The notes below the pieces were generated by a model that worked only from the letters and a program-made list of their open reading frames with translations, ran no database searches and was not told the origin of the DNA. This document shows positions 38,252 through 50,451 of a DNA stretch of 64,000 nt, in pieces. This DNA comes from Eledone cirrhosa (lineage: Eukaryota), in assembly GCA_964016885.1 (NCBI GenBank), contig OZ024742.1:44268001-44332000 (forward strand), given 5' to 3'. Within the stretch, counting starts at the first letter, position 1; every line of letters begins with the position of its first letter. The position numbers were made by a program, and so were the translations under genes.

Positions 38252-39586
38252 ATGCAGTTCGGGTTTGTGTCAGGTAAAAGTACCACAGACGCTCTTTTCA
38301 TTGTACGACAACTACAAGAGAAGTACCTAGCTAAAAGTAAACCCTTATACTTAGCTTTTGTTGACTTGGAGAAAGCCTTTGATAGAGTCCCCCGCTCCAT
38401 TATCTGGTGGGCGCTTAGAAAACTAGGTGTTGATGAATGGCTTGTGAGAGCTATACAACCCATGTATAAAGAAACAGTCAGCAAGGTTAGAATTAACAAC
38501 GAATATAGTGAAGAGTTTAGCGTAAAAGTTGGTGTTCATCAGGGCTCCGTTCTTAGCCCCCTACTATTTATTATTGCCCTTCAGGCTATAACAGAGGAGT
38601 TCAAGACCGGCTGCCCATGGGAACTCCTATATGCAGATGATCTCACGCTCATAGCTGAATCAATGGCTGAACTAGAGAAGAAATTCGAAACATGGAAGCA
38701 TGGCCTAGAATCAAAAGGCCTTAAAGTTAACTTGTCTAAGACTAAAGTTCTAGTTTGTAGGAAGGAAAATAGGGCACCGGTCCCATCTGGGAAATGGCCA
38801 TGCTCAGTGTGTAGGAAAGGAGTAGGCAGACACTCTATTTTATGTCCCAAATGCAAAGTAAGGGTGCATAAAAGATGTAGTGGGATCACAGGTAAGCTAA
38901 CTAAGAATATAGATTTTATATGTCGCCTGTGCTCTGGTACAATAAGTAGCAGCAAGTGCCCACAGAATACTAGCTCATTCCATTGCACAGATGGTTCTAT
39001 AGAAATAGTGGACAGCTTCCGTTACCTGGGTGACAAAATCAGCAGTGGGAGAGGGTGCTCTGAAAGTACAGTAGCTAGAGTCAGAATGGGATGGAAAAAG
39101 TTCAGAGAGCTTATACCACTATTGGCCACTAAAGGGTTCTCTCTAAAAATGAAAGGCAGGCTGTATGATGCCTGCATACGAACAGCAATGTTACATGGCA
39201 GTGAGACCTGGGCATTGTGTGCAGAGGATATACGCAGACTGGAGAGAAACGAAGCTTGCATGCTCTGCTGGATGTGTAATAGTAATATACGTGAACGGCA
39301 AAGCATAAACGAACTAAGGGAGAAATTAGGAATAAGAGGGATCAGATGTTGTTTACTCGAGAGAAGGCTACGTTGGTACGGTCACGTGATGCGCATGAAA
39401 AACGACAGGTGTATAAATAAGTGCAGGGCGATAAAAATAGACGGTAGCCACGGAGTAGGCAGACCCAGAAAAACCTGGGATGACTTGATAAATTCCGACC
39501 TCACACACTTACACCTCTCCAAGACAATGTCACTGGACCGAGATCTTTGGCGCTACACAGTCATACAGAAGACCCGCCTTGCCTAA
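38252..39586 (+). pseudogene. Longest intact ORF segment of the RTE LINE (RT, PHD-like finger, thumb, C-terminus)
   Basis: 444-aa ORF with canonical non-LTR RT motifs. It is part of a disrupted larger ORF. Confidence 0.92.
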
Positions 39587-39723
39587 GTACAAAGCAAAAC
39601 CTACAGTCAGTAGGCACCTCTAACAAAATAGCCCCGCCCCCCCCTTAAATGTGAAGTTATGTTGGTACCACAACATCCAGTCCGAAACAAATGAGGTCAT
39701 GTAGGTGTCACGACAAAAAAAAC

Positions 39724-39950
39724 ACAGTCCACGCTGTAATGTGGCCGTGTAGGTAACACGGTAAAAACCTCCCAGTCCACACTGTAAATGTGGTTGGTGT
39801 TAGGAAGGGCATCCAGCTGTAGAAAACCCGCCAGACAGTCCACGCTGTAATGTGGCCGTGTAGGTAACACGGTAAAAACCTCCCAGTCCACACTGTAAAT
39901 GTGGTTGGTGTTAGGAAGGGCATCCAGCCGTAGAAAACCCGCCAGACAGT
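39724..39950 (+). repeat. Tandem duplication (~110 bp x2) in the RTE 3' UTR
   Basis: ACAGTCCACGCTGTAATGTGGCCG..GGAAGGGCATCCAGC.GTAGAAAACCCGCCAG occurs twice, nearly identically. Confidence 0.92.
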
Positions 39951-42900
39951 CCTATATGAGCAGGACAACAAATCTTGCCTCAAGTGGGAAACCTCCCGTC
40001 CAAACCCATGCAAGCGTGGAAGATGGACGTTAAACGATGATGATGATGATGATGAATGTATATGAAGTATATAAAGTATTACCGGTTTTGATGTATTATT
40101 AAAATTCATTTCATCAAATGTTGAGAATTGAAATAAAAAATTAAAAAGAATTAATAGGAGTTAAAAATTAAAGATTTAAAATTAAAATCAAATGTTGGAC
40201 TAAGTTTTTTTCCCATCTTTCTTGCTCAAAATTTGGCTGGAGAATGAGTTCTTGTTAACAGAGAGGGGTAGTGAGATAGCAGCAGCTATGTTTTTTCACA
40301 GAACAAAGTTGTTTTTTGGGGGCGAAGGAAACATCCTGTAAGTATGTGTGTCTATATCTGATTGTGTTAATTGACTGAAGTTCTATGGCAGCAACAGGAG
40401 TGTAAGAGAAATCCTAATATTGGAATATGGTTTTAGGGAGTCTGTTGTGAGCAGTGTCCGGTCAGCTGACCTTGTCTTGCTCATACAGGAACTGATTTTT
40501 GCTGTATATATATATATAGTGTGAGGGTGTATATATAACAATACACACCCCCTCACACTATGTGGTGGTCTGTGTTGATAGGAATCAGATTGGAAAGATG
40601 TGAAGAAATGAGCAGTTGTGTTGCTCTAGGTTAGCTCTGGTCTAGATCTGTGGCATACAAGGTAATTGGTCAAATGACCAGGTATGATCCACAATTTTGT
40701 TGGTCCAGATATACCAAAGGGGAGGTGAGTGAGGGATGCAAATGATAGAGCAGGAAAATGGTCTTAACCCTTTTGATACCAACCCGCTCAAAACAGCTTC
40801 ATGTTCTTAGAATACAAAACCATCCATTTCAAAGGATTCCTATTTAAATTAAAATCTTCCAGCATGATTTTATATAAAACCATAGGTTTATCAATGAAAC
40901 AATAATTTTAGTAAATCCCCCAAAATCCTTCATTAATTAATAAAGTGTACTTCATTAAAAGTCATAGTCACAAAAAAGATAAAATACTTGTTCACCAAAC
41001 TGACAACTATACTGTACATGAAATGATGAATTGTATTGAGGCTAATGGGGCAATCTGAATATGTTATATTCTCTCAACCATCTAGTCTATTTCTGTTATG
41101 GTTTTATATTCACATGGTGGCCTCAGAGTATGATAATTTTTGTGGTTCTCTGCAATCTCTCAATCAACAAAAGTTGGCAGTCAAGTCACCTTCAAATTTT
41201 GCCCTACTAAGCGACATTTTTGACGCAAAGTGTATATACATATATCAGTTCAACATTTACATAAAAAGGGGTGGTATATTGGCAGAATCGGTAGAGCGTT
41301 GGGTAAAATGACATTGTGGTATTTGTTCTGGCTCTTTACATTTTTAGTTCAAATCCTGCTGTGGTCAACTTTGCCTTTCATCCTTCCGATGTAATCAACT
41401 CTCTGTTTCCTCTCCAAACTGTTGGCCTTGTGCCTAAATTAGAAATCAATATTTACATCAAAAGTTATTTCACAACAGTAGTTTTTGGATGTTACCCAAT
41501 TTATTTGTTGATATTTGGTCTGTTACCTACCAAACTACCTGGCCATCATTGAAAGCTGTTGTTTCTGTTGTTATCTTAAAAAAGTTTTGAATATAATATG
41601 CCAGGAAAGATGGTAGAATTGTCATGGTTTGAATACCATATTCTTTGTAATGATGATAATGTTAATGATAATGATGCTCAGTCAAAAGATCATTGGTCCC
41701 TCAAATCAGACCAAAGGAAACTGTTTCATTGGCTTTTTCTTGCTGATACTATCTGTCTGTTGCAACTCCTGGCAAAAGTGTCATGTTTTCTTGTTACCTA
41801 GTAAATGGTGGAAGAATTTGAACTCAGAATGTATAGAACTAGAACAGATACCACAAAGCATGCCATCTGATTCTTTACTCTGTTGATATCAAACAATCTG
41901 AAACTGCTCTGGATTTATGATACAAAACTGCTCATTTAAAAATGTTTATCTTTATATTAAAATCTTTCATTATAATTTTAGTTTAGAAATTTTTGATAAG
42001 TAATGTTTTAAATATCAGCTTAGTTATTTCATTAAATCCCTTTTAATTTTTGGTTAATTTCAAATTTTATAGGTAGCGTATTTCATTAGGAATATGGTAA
42101 TGAAAGGGTTAAAAATTCTACTAATCCACCATCCACCAGTGCAGCTACTGTAAATCATCCCTTCCGACTCTTTAAAATTCTGCTAATTTATCAACCTTGA
42201 AAGTATGAAAAGCAAAGTTGACTTCAGTGGGATCTTAGAGAGAAACCCTTTATTGCCACTCTGTTCTTACTTTGTCTACTATGTTGTTGCTACAGTTCAC
42301 ATCTGTGTGGCTTTAGCTGGCTAACCTTATTTGAGGTTTCTTGTCTATTTTGATGGTATGGGTCTCAGTCCTACCAAGTCACTATTTTTTCTGCCACAGT
42401 CAGGATTTGAACTCAGAATGAACAGTGCTGGAACAATTTTTGCAAGGTATCCCATCCAACACCCTGATAATTTTATCAATCCTGCAGAGATGAGAGGCAA
42501 AGTTAATAATGGTGGGATTTAATTCAAATGCTCTAATGACTGTCAATTTGCTGGTTTTAACATTAGAATAACATTAGAATATTTGAATGTGAAGAAATCA
42601 TTGTAATTGAGAAGTGTTATTCAACTTGATTTTGGTACCAAACCACCTGACACATCTGGTTCTAGGATACAAAGCTGTTGGTATTCATCTGGAAATCATA
42701 ATTTTATTTGAGAAAGTTATATTACTAAACCCCTTCAAATTCTTAATTTCAAAACGATGTGAAAAGCATTGTCTTTCATTAGAAATATGGTAATGAGAGG
42801 GTTAACAACCAACCAACATGTCATTTAGAAGCAAGAAAAATGTAGGTGAATAAACCCGGTTGATAAATTTGGTTAACACTGTTTATAAATAACTAGTAAA

Positions 42901-43169
42901 TGTATCATTTTTTGATAAATTTAGTTTGTTACCTGGATGTACGCTTTGCAAATGATTTAATTACACCTGTTGGATTATCAGTATAATTTAGTAGAGTATA
43001 GAGATTGTGTAGGTACATTGACTGTTTATCAGGTACATTAGTGAAGGTACATCATACCAGCTGTTGGCACCCACTTCTGTTCAGAATCAAAATACTTAGA
43101 TGGTGAAGTGGTAAATTAACTTGTTGTCATGTATCATTTGTGTTTAATAAAATTGTTGTTGTTATTATT

Positions 43170-43645
43170 ATTAGTAGGTTAGTAGATTAGCAGTATTGGC
43201 AGGTTGTCAGACAAAATACTTTACTGTATTTAGTTACAAACTTATGACTTTCTATGTTCAGTGTTCACATTCTGTGCCGAGGTTAAATTTGCAGAATCAC
43301 AAGAGAGGTTTTTTTTTAAGCACCTGAGTTCAAATCCTGCCAGGGTTAAATTTGTTTTTCATCCTTCCAAAAACAATAAAATGAAGCACCAATCAGGTAC
43401 TGGAATCAATATACTGATTAAACCCTTGTGCCAAAATTAAAAATTATTATTATTATGACAGTATCGATAGAGCATCAGACACCATGCTTTGCAGCATAGA
43501 GTTATGTCCCTTTGTGTTCTGAGTTCAAATCCTGCTGAGGTTAGCTTTCCCTTTCATCCTTACAGGGTCGATAAAAATAAAAGCACTAGTAATGCACTGG
43601 GGTAATTGCTGGCTTTGTGCCAAAAGTAGAAACAATTATTATTAG
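43170..43645 (+). mobile_element. Tandem Nin-like tRNA-SINEs
   Basis: Same family as 9564-9977, joined through (ATT)n tails. Confidence 0.75.
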
Positions 43646-44620
43646 TTGGTGGTTAGGGTGAGTGGAAGAAAACTGCAGTAGAGGAAGACCAAGGATGCTT
43701 TGAGCAGTGGTGGTGAGAGCTGATCTCATATTGCTTGAAGCTCACAAAAGTGATGCTGAGGAATGCAATGAGTAGAGGGATGCTGTGCTGGAAAATATCT
43801 GTCCAACCCTTGCAAACATGGAAAAGCAGATGTAAAATGATGATGATGATACTGTCATAGTGTGCTGTATATTGTATCATGATTTGGTTCACTTTTGTTA
43901 TTTTGACTGAGCCTCAACCATAACTTCCCATTTTTGACTGTTTTTTTTTTAATAGTTTATCATGCCTTCTATTTACTGTTAGTATACTAACGCTTCTTTC
44001 AGCCAGCACACCCACCATCCCACCATCCATTTCTACTGCTTGTAATATCTTATATCATTTAGGTAAAAAATCTTAAGCATTGATTTAACCCTTTTGATAC
44101 CAAATCACCTGAAACCATGTCTGGTTTTCTGATACAAAATTTTATATTTAGCTAAAACCCTCCATCATTTCTCTTCTTATACATGGCATACATTTACTTA
44201 CTTTCACTCTAGCATCTCCACAATCACTCCAGACCTTTCAATATATCAATGCTAATAGTAGCAAACATGTATATTTTTACATGATAAAGTGATGATATCC
44301 ATAACACGTGACAGTTGTAGGGCATTTTAAAACCCGGCGGAGTCCAATTGTCTCCAGGACTGAATACAGAAAATTTCTTCCATAGAAGGATAGAGAGAAT
44401 GGAAGTGAGAAAAAGATATCAAGGAAGAACCAACTCCAGTACAAGACTGATACATTTTTTTTTATCGACCTTGAATGAATGAAAGGCAAAGTTGACCCCA
44501 GTGGGATTTGAACTCAGAATGCTTTGAAGTATTCATTTCTGCTTTCTATCTGACGTTCTAACGACTCTGCCAAATCACCACCTTTTTAAGCCTGAAACTA
44601 GAAGTGATATGATTGTTGAC

Positions 44621-44826
44621 TTAACCCTTTAGCATTTATTGTATTTTTGTGGTAAAAGCTTTACCTCACATAATTATCTCACATAATATTGAATCTATGA
44701 GATTTTAATATTATTTACTTTGAGAACAATACCTTAACATCAGTATGAGTTATAGTCAGTTTGAACAGAAAGAGGCGAGAGAATTCTGGCTGGATATGGC
44801 CACCAGTTTAAATACTAAAGGGTTAA
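44621..44826. mobile_element. piggyBac-type MITE family A
   Basis: TTAA CCCTTTAGCATTTA ... TAAATACTAAAGGG TTAA. Confidence 0.85.
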
Positions 44827-45264
44827 GAAGCATTGGGAAAGTTTGGAATTTGAACTTTTGTCATCTTAACACAGAAATAGCCATAATAATTGTTTCTACT
44901 TTTGGCACAAAGCCAGCATTTCCCCCAGTGCATTACCAGTGCTTTATTTTATCGACCCCGTAAGGGTTTGCACTCAGAACGTAAAGGGCTATAACTCTAT
45001 GCTACAAAGCATGGTGTCTGATGATCTACCGATACTGCCAAGTCGATCAATATAAATGATAGATAAAATTAGATAAAATACCTCTGGTAATAGAAAAAAC
45101 CGTTAACAACCAAAGACTTAATTTTGTATTTGAAATGTCATTCCATTGCAGAAATGACCATAATAACAGTTGTTCACTATTAATAATAGTTGAGAAGTGA
45201 AATTCTAATTCTACTCAATGATAATGATGATGAAAATGATTTATGTATGTGCATCTCTGTATGT

Positions 45265-45712
45265 ATGTAACCCAGTACAACCTGTGCATGGATGAGTCGT
45301 CGGCGACTAAACCAGCAATCCCACCTGTTTGGTGAGGAGGGTGATTTTGGACACCTTGCAGGATGAAAAACAAAACTTGTCAAATTTTTTTTAGCAAGAG
45401 ACTCCTAGTCATCATTAAGACATCCTTCTAGGAGAAGATAACCCTAATATAAAACCTATGACCTCATTTGTATCCAATGATGTAGACCAGTTCTTCTTTT
45501 TGGGCAAATGTATTCGATATTCAGAGAGTGGGATTGGCCCCGTGCAAAGCCTTTCCTCACTTACAAAAGCTTCAAGCACAGGCATCACTTGATATGTGAC
45601 ATTTTTTGCGATGCATGGTATTGCTGGCCATAGGCAAATCCCTAGCAGGACTAAAAAGCCGTGATGCTCATGTTTAAGTATCAAGTAATGGCGTTACTTG
45701 AAATCGAGTTGT
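45265..45712 (+). mobile_element. Non-autonomous ~450-520 bp retroposon, probably RTE-derived (copy 1)
   Basis: Homologous to 49815-50340 and to the reverse complement of 61865-62290. Confidence 0.65.
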
Positions 45713-47474
45713 GTGTCTTTGTGCATGCATTCGCATGTATGTCTGTGTTTATGCTTAGTATTTTTTATATTCCATAACTTAGTGATTCAACAAAAAGAGA
45801 TTGATAAATAAGTATCGGATTTGAAAAAAATAAAAACTGGGTTTCATGGTATGATCGACTAAATCCTTTTAAGGTGGTACTCTATTATGGCCACAGTCTA
45901 ATAGGTAAAACTAGTAAAAGAATTAGAGAAGAAAAAAAGGAAAGAATCTCTCTCGAAAACCTGACCCTATACAGTAATTTCATACTATTATAGTTAGGGT
46001 GCCAAATATTTAGGTTGGAGAAAATTAGTGATAGTACAGAATGTGACTAGCAAAGCATGCAACAGATTAAGTGACTGGCTGTCCTTCATGATTATTAACA
46101 TGTCATATCTTTTGGGAAAGACAGGAAGGAGTGACACTACTAATATACTAGGTATGCTGCTAAAACTTTCTGTCATTGGACAGGCTTGGAGTGTTGACAG
46201 TGTAGATTGTGGGGAGAGAGGAGGTCATTAAATAATAATCTGCACACTTTGATATTGAAACTACAGATATATTCAGTGATGGGATAGGTTTGGAATGTTG
46301 GCAGAGTAGAGTTTGGGTTTAGAAAAAGGATTGAATAATATACTACACACTTTGATATAACTGACACCATGAAACAAATAGTAGTATAGGTATGGTGCAG
46401 AAATATTCAATTCTGGGTGGGCCTGGCATGTTGATAGTGTACAGTGGAGAGTTTAAGAGGTGAAGGTATGTGGTGTAGTGATTAGGGTATTTGGCTCACA
46501 CTTGACCAGTTGTGAATAAGATTCCTGGTGGCACATTGTTCTTGAGCAATGTTATTTCACAAGTTATTTCATGTTGCTCTAGTCCACTCAGCTGGAAAAA
46601 ATGAGTTGTGCCTTTAATTCAAAGGGCCATTGTTGTCATACAGTGTGTCATGCTGAATCTCCCTGAGAATTGTTAAGCATGCATGTCTATGGAATATTTA
46701 ACCGTTTGCATATTAATTTCACAAGCAGTTGATCAAAATAACTGGAGCACTTATCATCAGGACCAACAAAGGTCCAACTACAACAAGAGTTTGCAGAAGA
46801 GGCCACATTGAATACAATTGCTTTGATACAACTGATACCACAAAACAAACTATGGCAAATATCTATTATAAACTTGATCTTCTTTCCTTTTTGCATGTAG
46901 TATTTTCACAACATAAATAGATTAATAGAAATGTGTAAAATATTCAAAAATAAACCTGACAGAAATTCTATTCTTTTTCTTTGATTTAATGGGGAAAAAA
47001 GTGTTAAATTTTTTCACTCACACTGAGGATTTTATAACACCAACTTATTCAATATTGAAAACAGATTCTCACTTTCACATTGGAAGTTCTTGCTGTAAGC
47101 AGTGTGCACTGAATTTGAGTAAGCTTCCAACATATTAAATTATATAATCCCCAGCTGATAAAAAAAGAAACATTTTTTACTCTTTAATGAAAGTGATTTT
47201 TGTTTGGTTATTTTTAAAACAGATTAAAGGTTCTGAAGTGTATTTACATGAAATGAGTGCTGAAAAAGCAAATGAATTTTCACATTGATAATAGATATTT
47301 AACCACAAATAATTATACTCTCATCTCCATGAACAACTTCCTGCAGTTATTTAATGAAGGCCAGTTGTACAAATTAAAGGAACCATTATTTAGCTATTTA
47401 GTTAGAAAGTTAGTGTATGAAAAAGCAGTGTGTGTAGCTAGACTCACTTAATACCACTGTTTTTAGAATAATAT

Positions 47475-48020
47475 CTATCTCGTAACATTACATGTAATGC
47501 TGTTACAATATATCTGTCTCATAACATTATATGTAGAGATGTAACAATGTACCCATCTATCTTATAACACTACATGTATTGTTGTTACAGTATATATCCA
47601 TGTTGTAACACTACATGTTGTTACAGTGTATATCAATCATGTAACATATGACATGTAGTATTGTGATAGTTTGTATGCATCTGTAACATTACATGCAGTG
47701 TTGTGACAGCCATATGATAACATGAAATGTTGTGACAGCCATATGATAACATGAAATGTTGTGACAGCCATATGATAACATGAAATGTTGTGACTGCCAT
47801 ATGATAACATGAAATGTTGTGACTATACATCCACCTTCTAACTTTATATTCAGTGTTGTTACAGTATATATATATCAATATCGTAATGTAAATGTAACAT
47901 TACATACAATGTTGTTACCATATATATGTAACATTACATATAATGCTTACAGTATATATCTATATTGTAGTTGTTACAGTATATATCCATATTGTAAAAT
48001 GTACTGTTGTAACAATATAT
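47475..48020. repeat. Degenerate GTAACAT/TGTTAC satellite with a young 29-bp tandem array (47699-47823)
   Basis: About 4.3 copies of TGTTGTGACAGCCATATGATAACATGAAA embedded in related older units. Confidence 0.88.
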
Positions 48021-48616
48021 TCATCTTTTCTTTTTGTCATCCACCCATTCAGCCAATTTTGGATAGCAAACCTGCTTTTCTTAGAGATTGTTTAATGTTT
48101 AGAATGTCCTTCAGTTGTTCTTTCTCTTTTTGTTTTTATTTTGTCTTTTAGTCAAGGAGGGAAGGGCAGTATCAGTGATCTTTTTAAGGGCTTGCAAGAA
48201 TGATAACTGGGAGGGAAGGAGAAAAGTATCATCCTTAAACCAGATACCAGGTCCTGATGCTTGAAACAAAGTGGACTGCTTAAGGCATCTAAATGGCCAA
48301 GGCGGTGGTGTTAAACTGGATGATGGAAAGTTCTGGACTAAATACCGCAAAGCATCTCATTCGAGGCATTAATCATTTTACTAATCTACTGCTCTAGACT
48401 GTTTTTTTATCGACCCAAAAAGAATGAAAAGCAAAGTTGACAGCAGTGGAATCTGAACATGAAGCACAGAAATTTTGAACAAATGCTACAAGGCATTTTG
48501 TCATACATTCTAACAATTCTGCCAATTTTAATGTTGCCCTCAAAAATCCAAATTTATCAGAGGCAGCCCAGTTGTTGGTCTTTTCAACAAATTCTATAGA
48601 TTTAAATGCTGCACCA

Positions 48617-48777
48617 TTTTTTTACTAAAATAAATTTAGCCTGATAGTGGGGTTTAGAACCCTCTAAGAAATGGAAAAAGATGAGTATTGATGAATATGT
48701 ACATCAATACTCATCTTTTTCCAATTCTTAGAAGATTCTAAATCCCACTATCAGGCTAAAATTTCTTTAGTCAAAAA
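48617..48777. repeat. Imperfect inverted repeat with ~75-bp arms
   Basis: TTTAGCCTGATAGTGGG..GGAAAAAGATGAGTATTGATG / CATCAATACTCATCTTTTTCC..CCCACTATCAGGCTAAA. Confidence 0.92.
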
Positions 48778-49694
48778 CACGGCAAAAGCTTCTATTTCTA
48801 TTTTCAAACTCGCTCGCTGTTTCAAAATAAACTTACTTTTAACTGTTACATTGTAAGTAATACATCTCCTTTTCACATCCATACTTTTAATACAAGGTTG
48901 TATAGGAGATGGCTTTTTCACTTAAAGCACACATTTTAAACTAATCTTTCAAATAAAACAACCGTATTTAAACCCATTCATTACCATATAATTAATGAAA
49001 AGTGTTGCCTATGATTTTCAATTAATTTTGAAAATCAACAAATTGGAGGAATTTAGTAATATAACTAACTTTCACATTATTAATCTGGTATTTTAAATAT
49101 AATTTAATAAATTTTATTACATAAAAGTGATGGAAAGTTTTTTTAGATAAATATAAATATCTTAAAATGAATAGTTTTATGTCATAGAATCGGGGACAGT
49201 TTCAGGAAATCTTATCTTTTAACTGACATTTATATTTAATTTGTTTACCTTAGAAAAATTTTAAAACATTTCATGGACACTTGATGAACCTGTTTCATAA
49301 ATGAAGGTCACTCCTTGTGAAATAAGTTTCATAATAGGTTAGGAAATGAAAACTATCAAGTTTACTACATGACATTAAATAAAGACTGGTACATAACCAG
49401 TTGAGTTATTGAGGAAATAAGTAGTATTTGGTTTCTTCAACAAATTGAAACAACCCCATGTTTGTGGATCCATCATCATTTTATGTCTGCCTTCCATGTT
49501 GGCATGGGTTGGATGGGTTTTCACTGTCTGAGACTAGCTAGTCTGGAGAGATCTCACCATGCTCATACATTCCACATTTGACATAATTTCTTAAAAAAAA
49601 AAAAGTATATGTGTGTATATATATATATGTGTGTATATATATATGTGTGTGTATGTATGTATATGTATTTGTGTATGTATGTATATGTATTTAC

Positions 49695-49726
<32 letters not shown>

Positions 49727-49737
49727 GTATCTGTGTG

Positions 49738-49780
<43 letters not shown>

Positions 49781-49814
49781 GTATATGTATTTATGTGTGT
49801 ATATATTTATGTAT

Positions 49815-50340
49815 GGTCACTCTCGAGTGCTACTGGTAACATGTAGCCGAGTACAACCTGTCTCATGGTTGGGTCGTTGGCGACTAAACTGGTAACCCCA
49901 CCAAGTTTGCTTGATGAGGAGGGTGATATTTGGACACCCTGCGGGATGAAATACAAGACCTGGAAAAGGACGGAAGAACTCAGCAGAGTCAATGGTCATC
50001 CAAATAGTACTTTTTTTTTTTTTTTACCTTGGAGTGAAAGGCCCCCAGTTGTTGTCACAACACCTTTCTAGGAGAGGGAAACTCTGAAAAAAATACCTGC
50101 AACTTCAGAAGCATCCGTTGATGTTGACCAGTTCGCCTTTTTGGGTAGTGTTTTAGATGCTCAGAGAGTGGGATTGGTCGAGTGCAAGGCCTTTCCCCAC
50201 TTTAAAAAAACCTTCAAAGCACAGGCATTGCTTGTTCAGGATCTGTTATAGGTTCGTGTGGCTGGCCGTAGCCTAAAAGTGCATCAGTTTCTGTAATCTG
50301 ACAAACGATTGCAATACTCTTAGCAGAGTTTGCAGCCATC
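49815..50340 (+). mobile_element. Non-autonomous RTE-derived retroposon (copy 2) ending in TGCAGCCATC plus (GT)n(ATGT)n
   Basis: Shares 5' module AGTACAACCTG..GTCG.TGGCGACTAAAC..GAGGAGGGTGAT and CAGAGAGTGGGATTGG with the 45265 copy. Confidence 0.65.
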
Positions 50341-50372
50341 GTGTGTGTGTGTGTGTGTGCGTGTGTGTGTGT

Positions 50373-50412
<40 letters not shown>

Positions 50413-50451
50413 ATGTATGTATGTATGTATGTATGTATGTATGTATGTATG

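Larger units (their letters stand above)
36346..40054 (+). mobile_element. Near-full-length RTE-clade LINE (APE + RT + PHD-like finger), pseudogenised
   Basis: APE motifs GTMNVGTL, CIQETRW, SAYAP, GDLNGHVG and SQIDY. RT motifs NYRGIKL, QFGF, DLEKAFD, QGSVLSP, YADD and FRYLG. (GAT)n tail. TSD AATGTATA at 36338-36345 and 40055-40062. Stops at ~36878, ~37533 and ~38195 plus about three frameshifts. Confidence 0.95.

Noticed and set aside
37154-39306. Minus-strand ORFs overlapping the RTE
   Set aside because: Antisense shadows of the LINE coding sequence with no independent motifs
40302-40337. 36-nt segment bounded by TTTTTTCACAG and GTAAGT (possible third microexon)
   Set aside because: The pyrimidine tract is short, and joining it to the EGF exon creates TAA at the junction. 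At best it is a poison exon, and the sequence alone cannot support that.
49609-49846. Three overlapping C/V/Y/M-rich ORFs
   Set aside because: Purine-pyrimidine microsatellite lacking stop codons. The same applies to similar ORFs at 2.7, 6.7, 10.8, 21.2 and 62.4 kb.
49830-49960. HDV-like ribozyme at the 5' end of the RTE-derived element
   Set aside because: I could not assign P1 and P1.1 consistently in both copies
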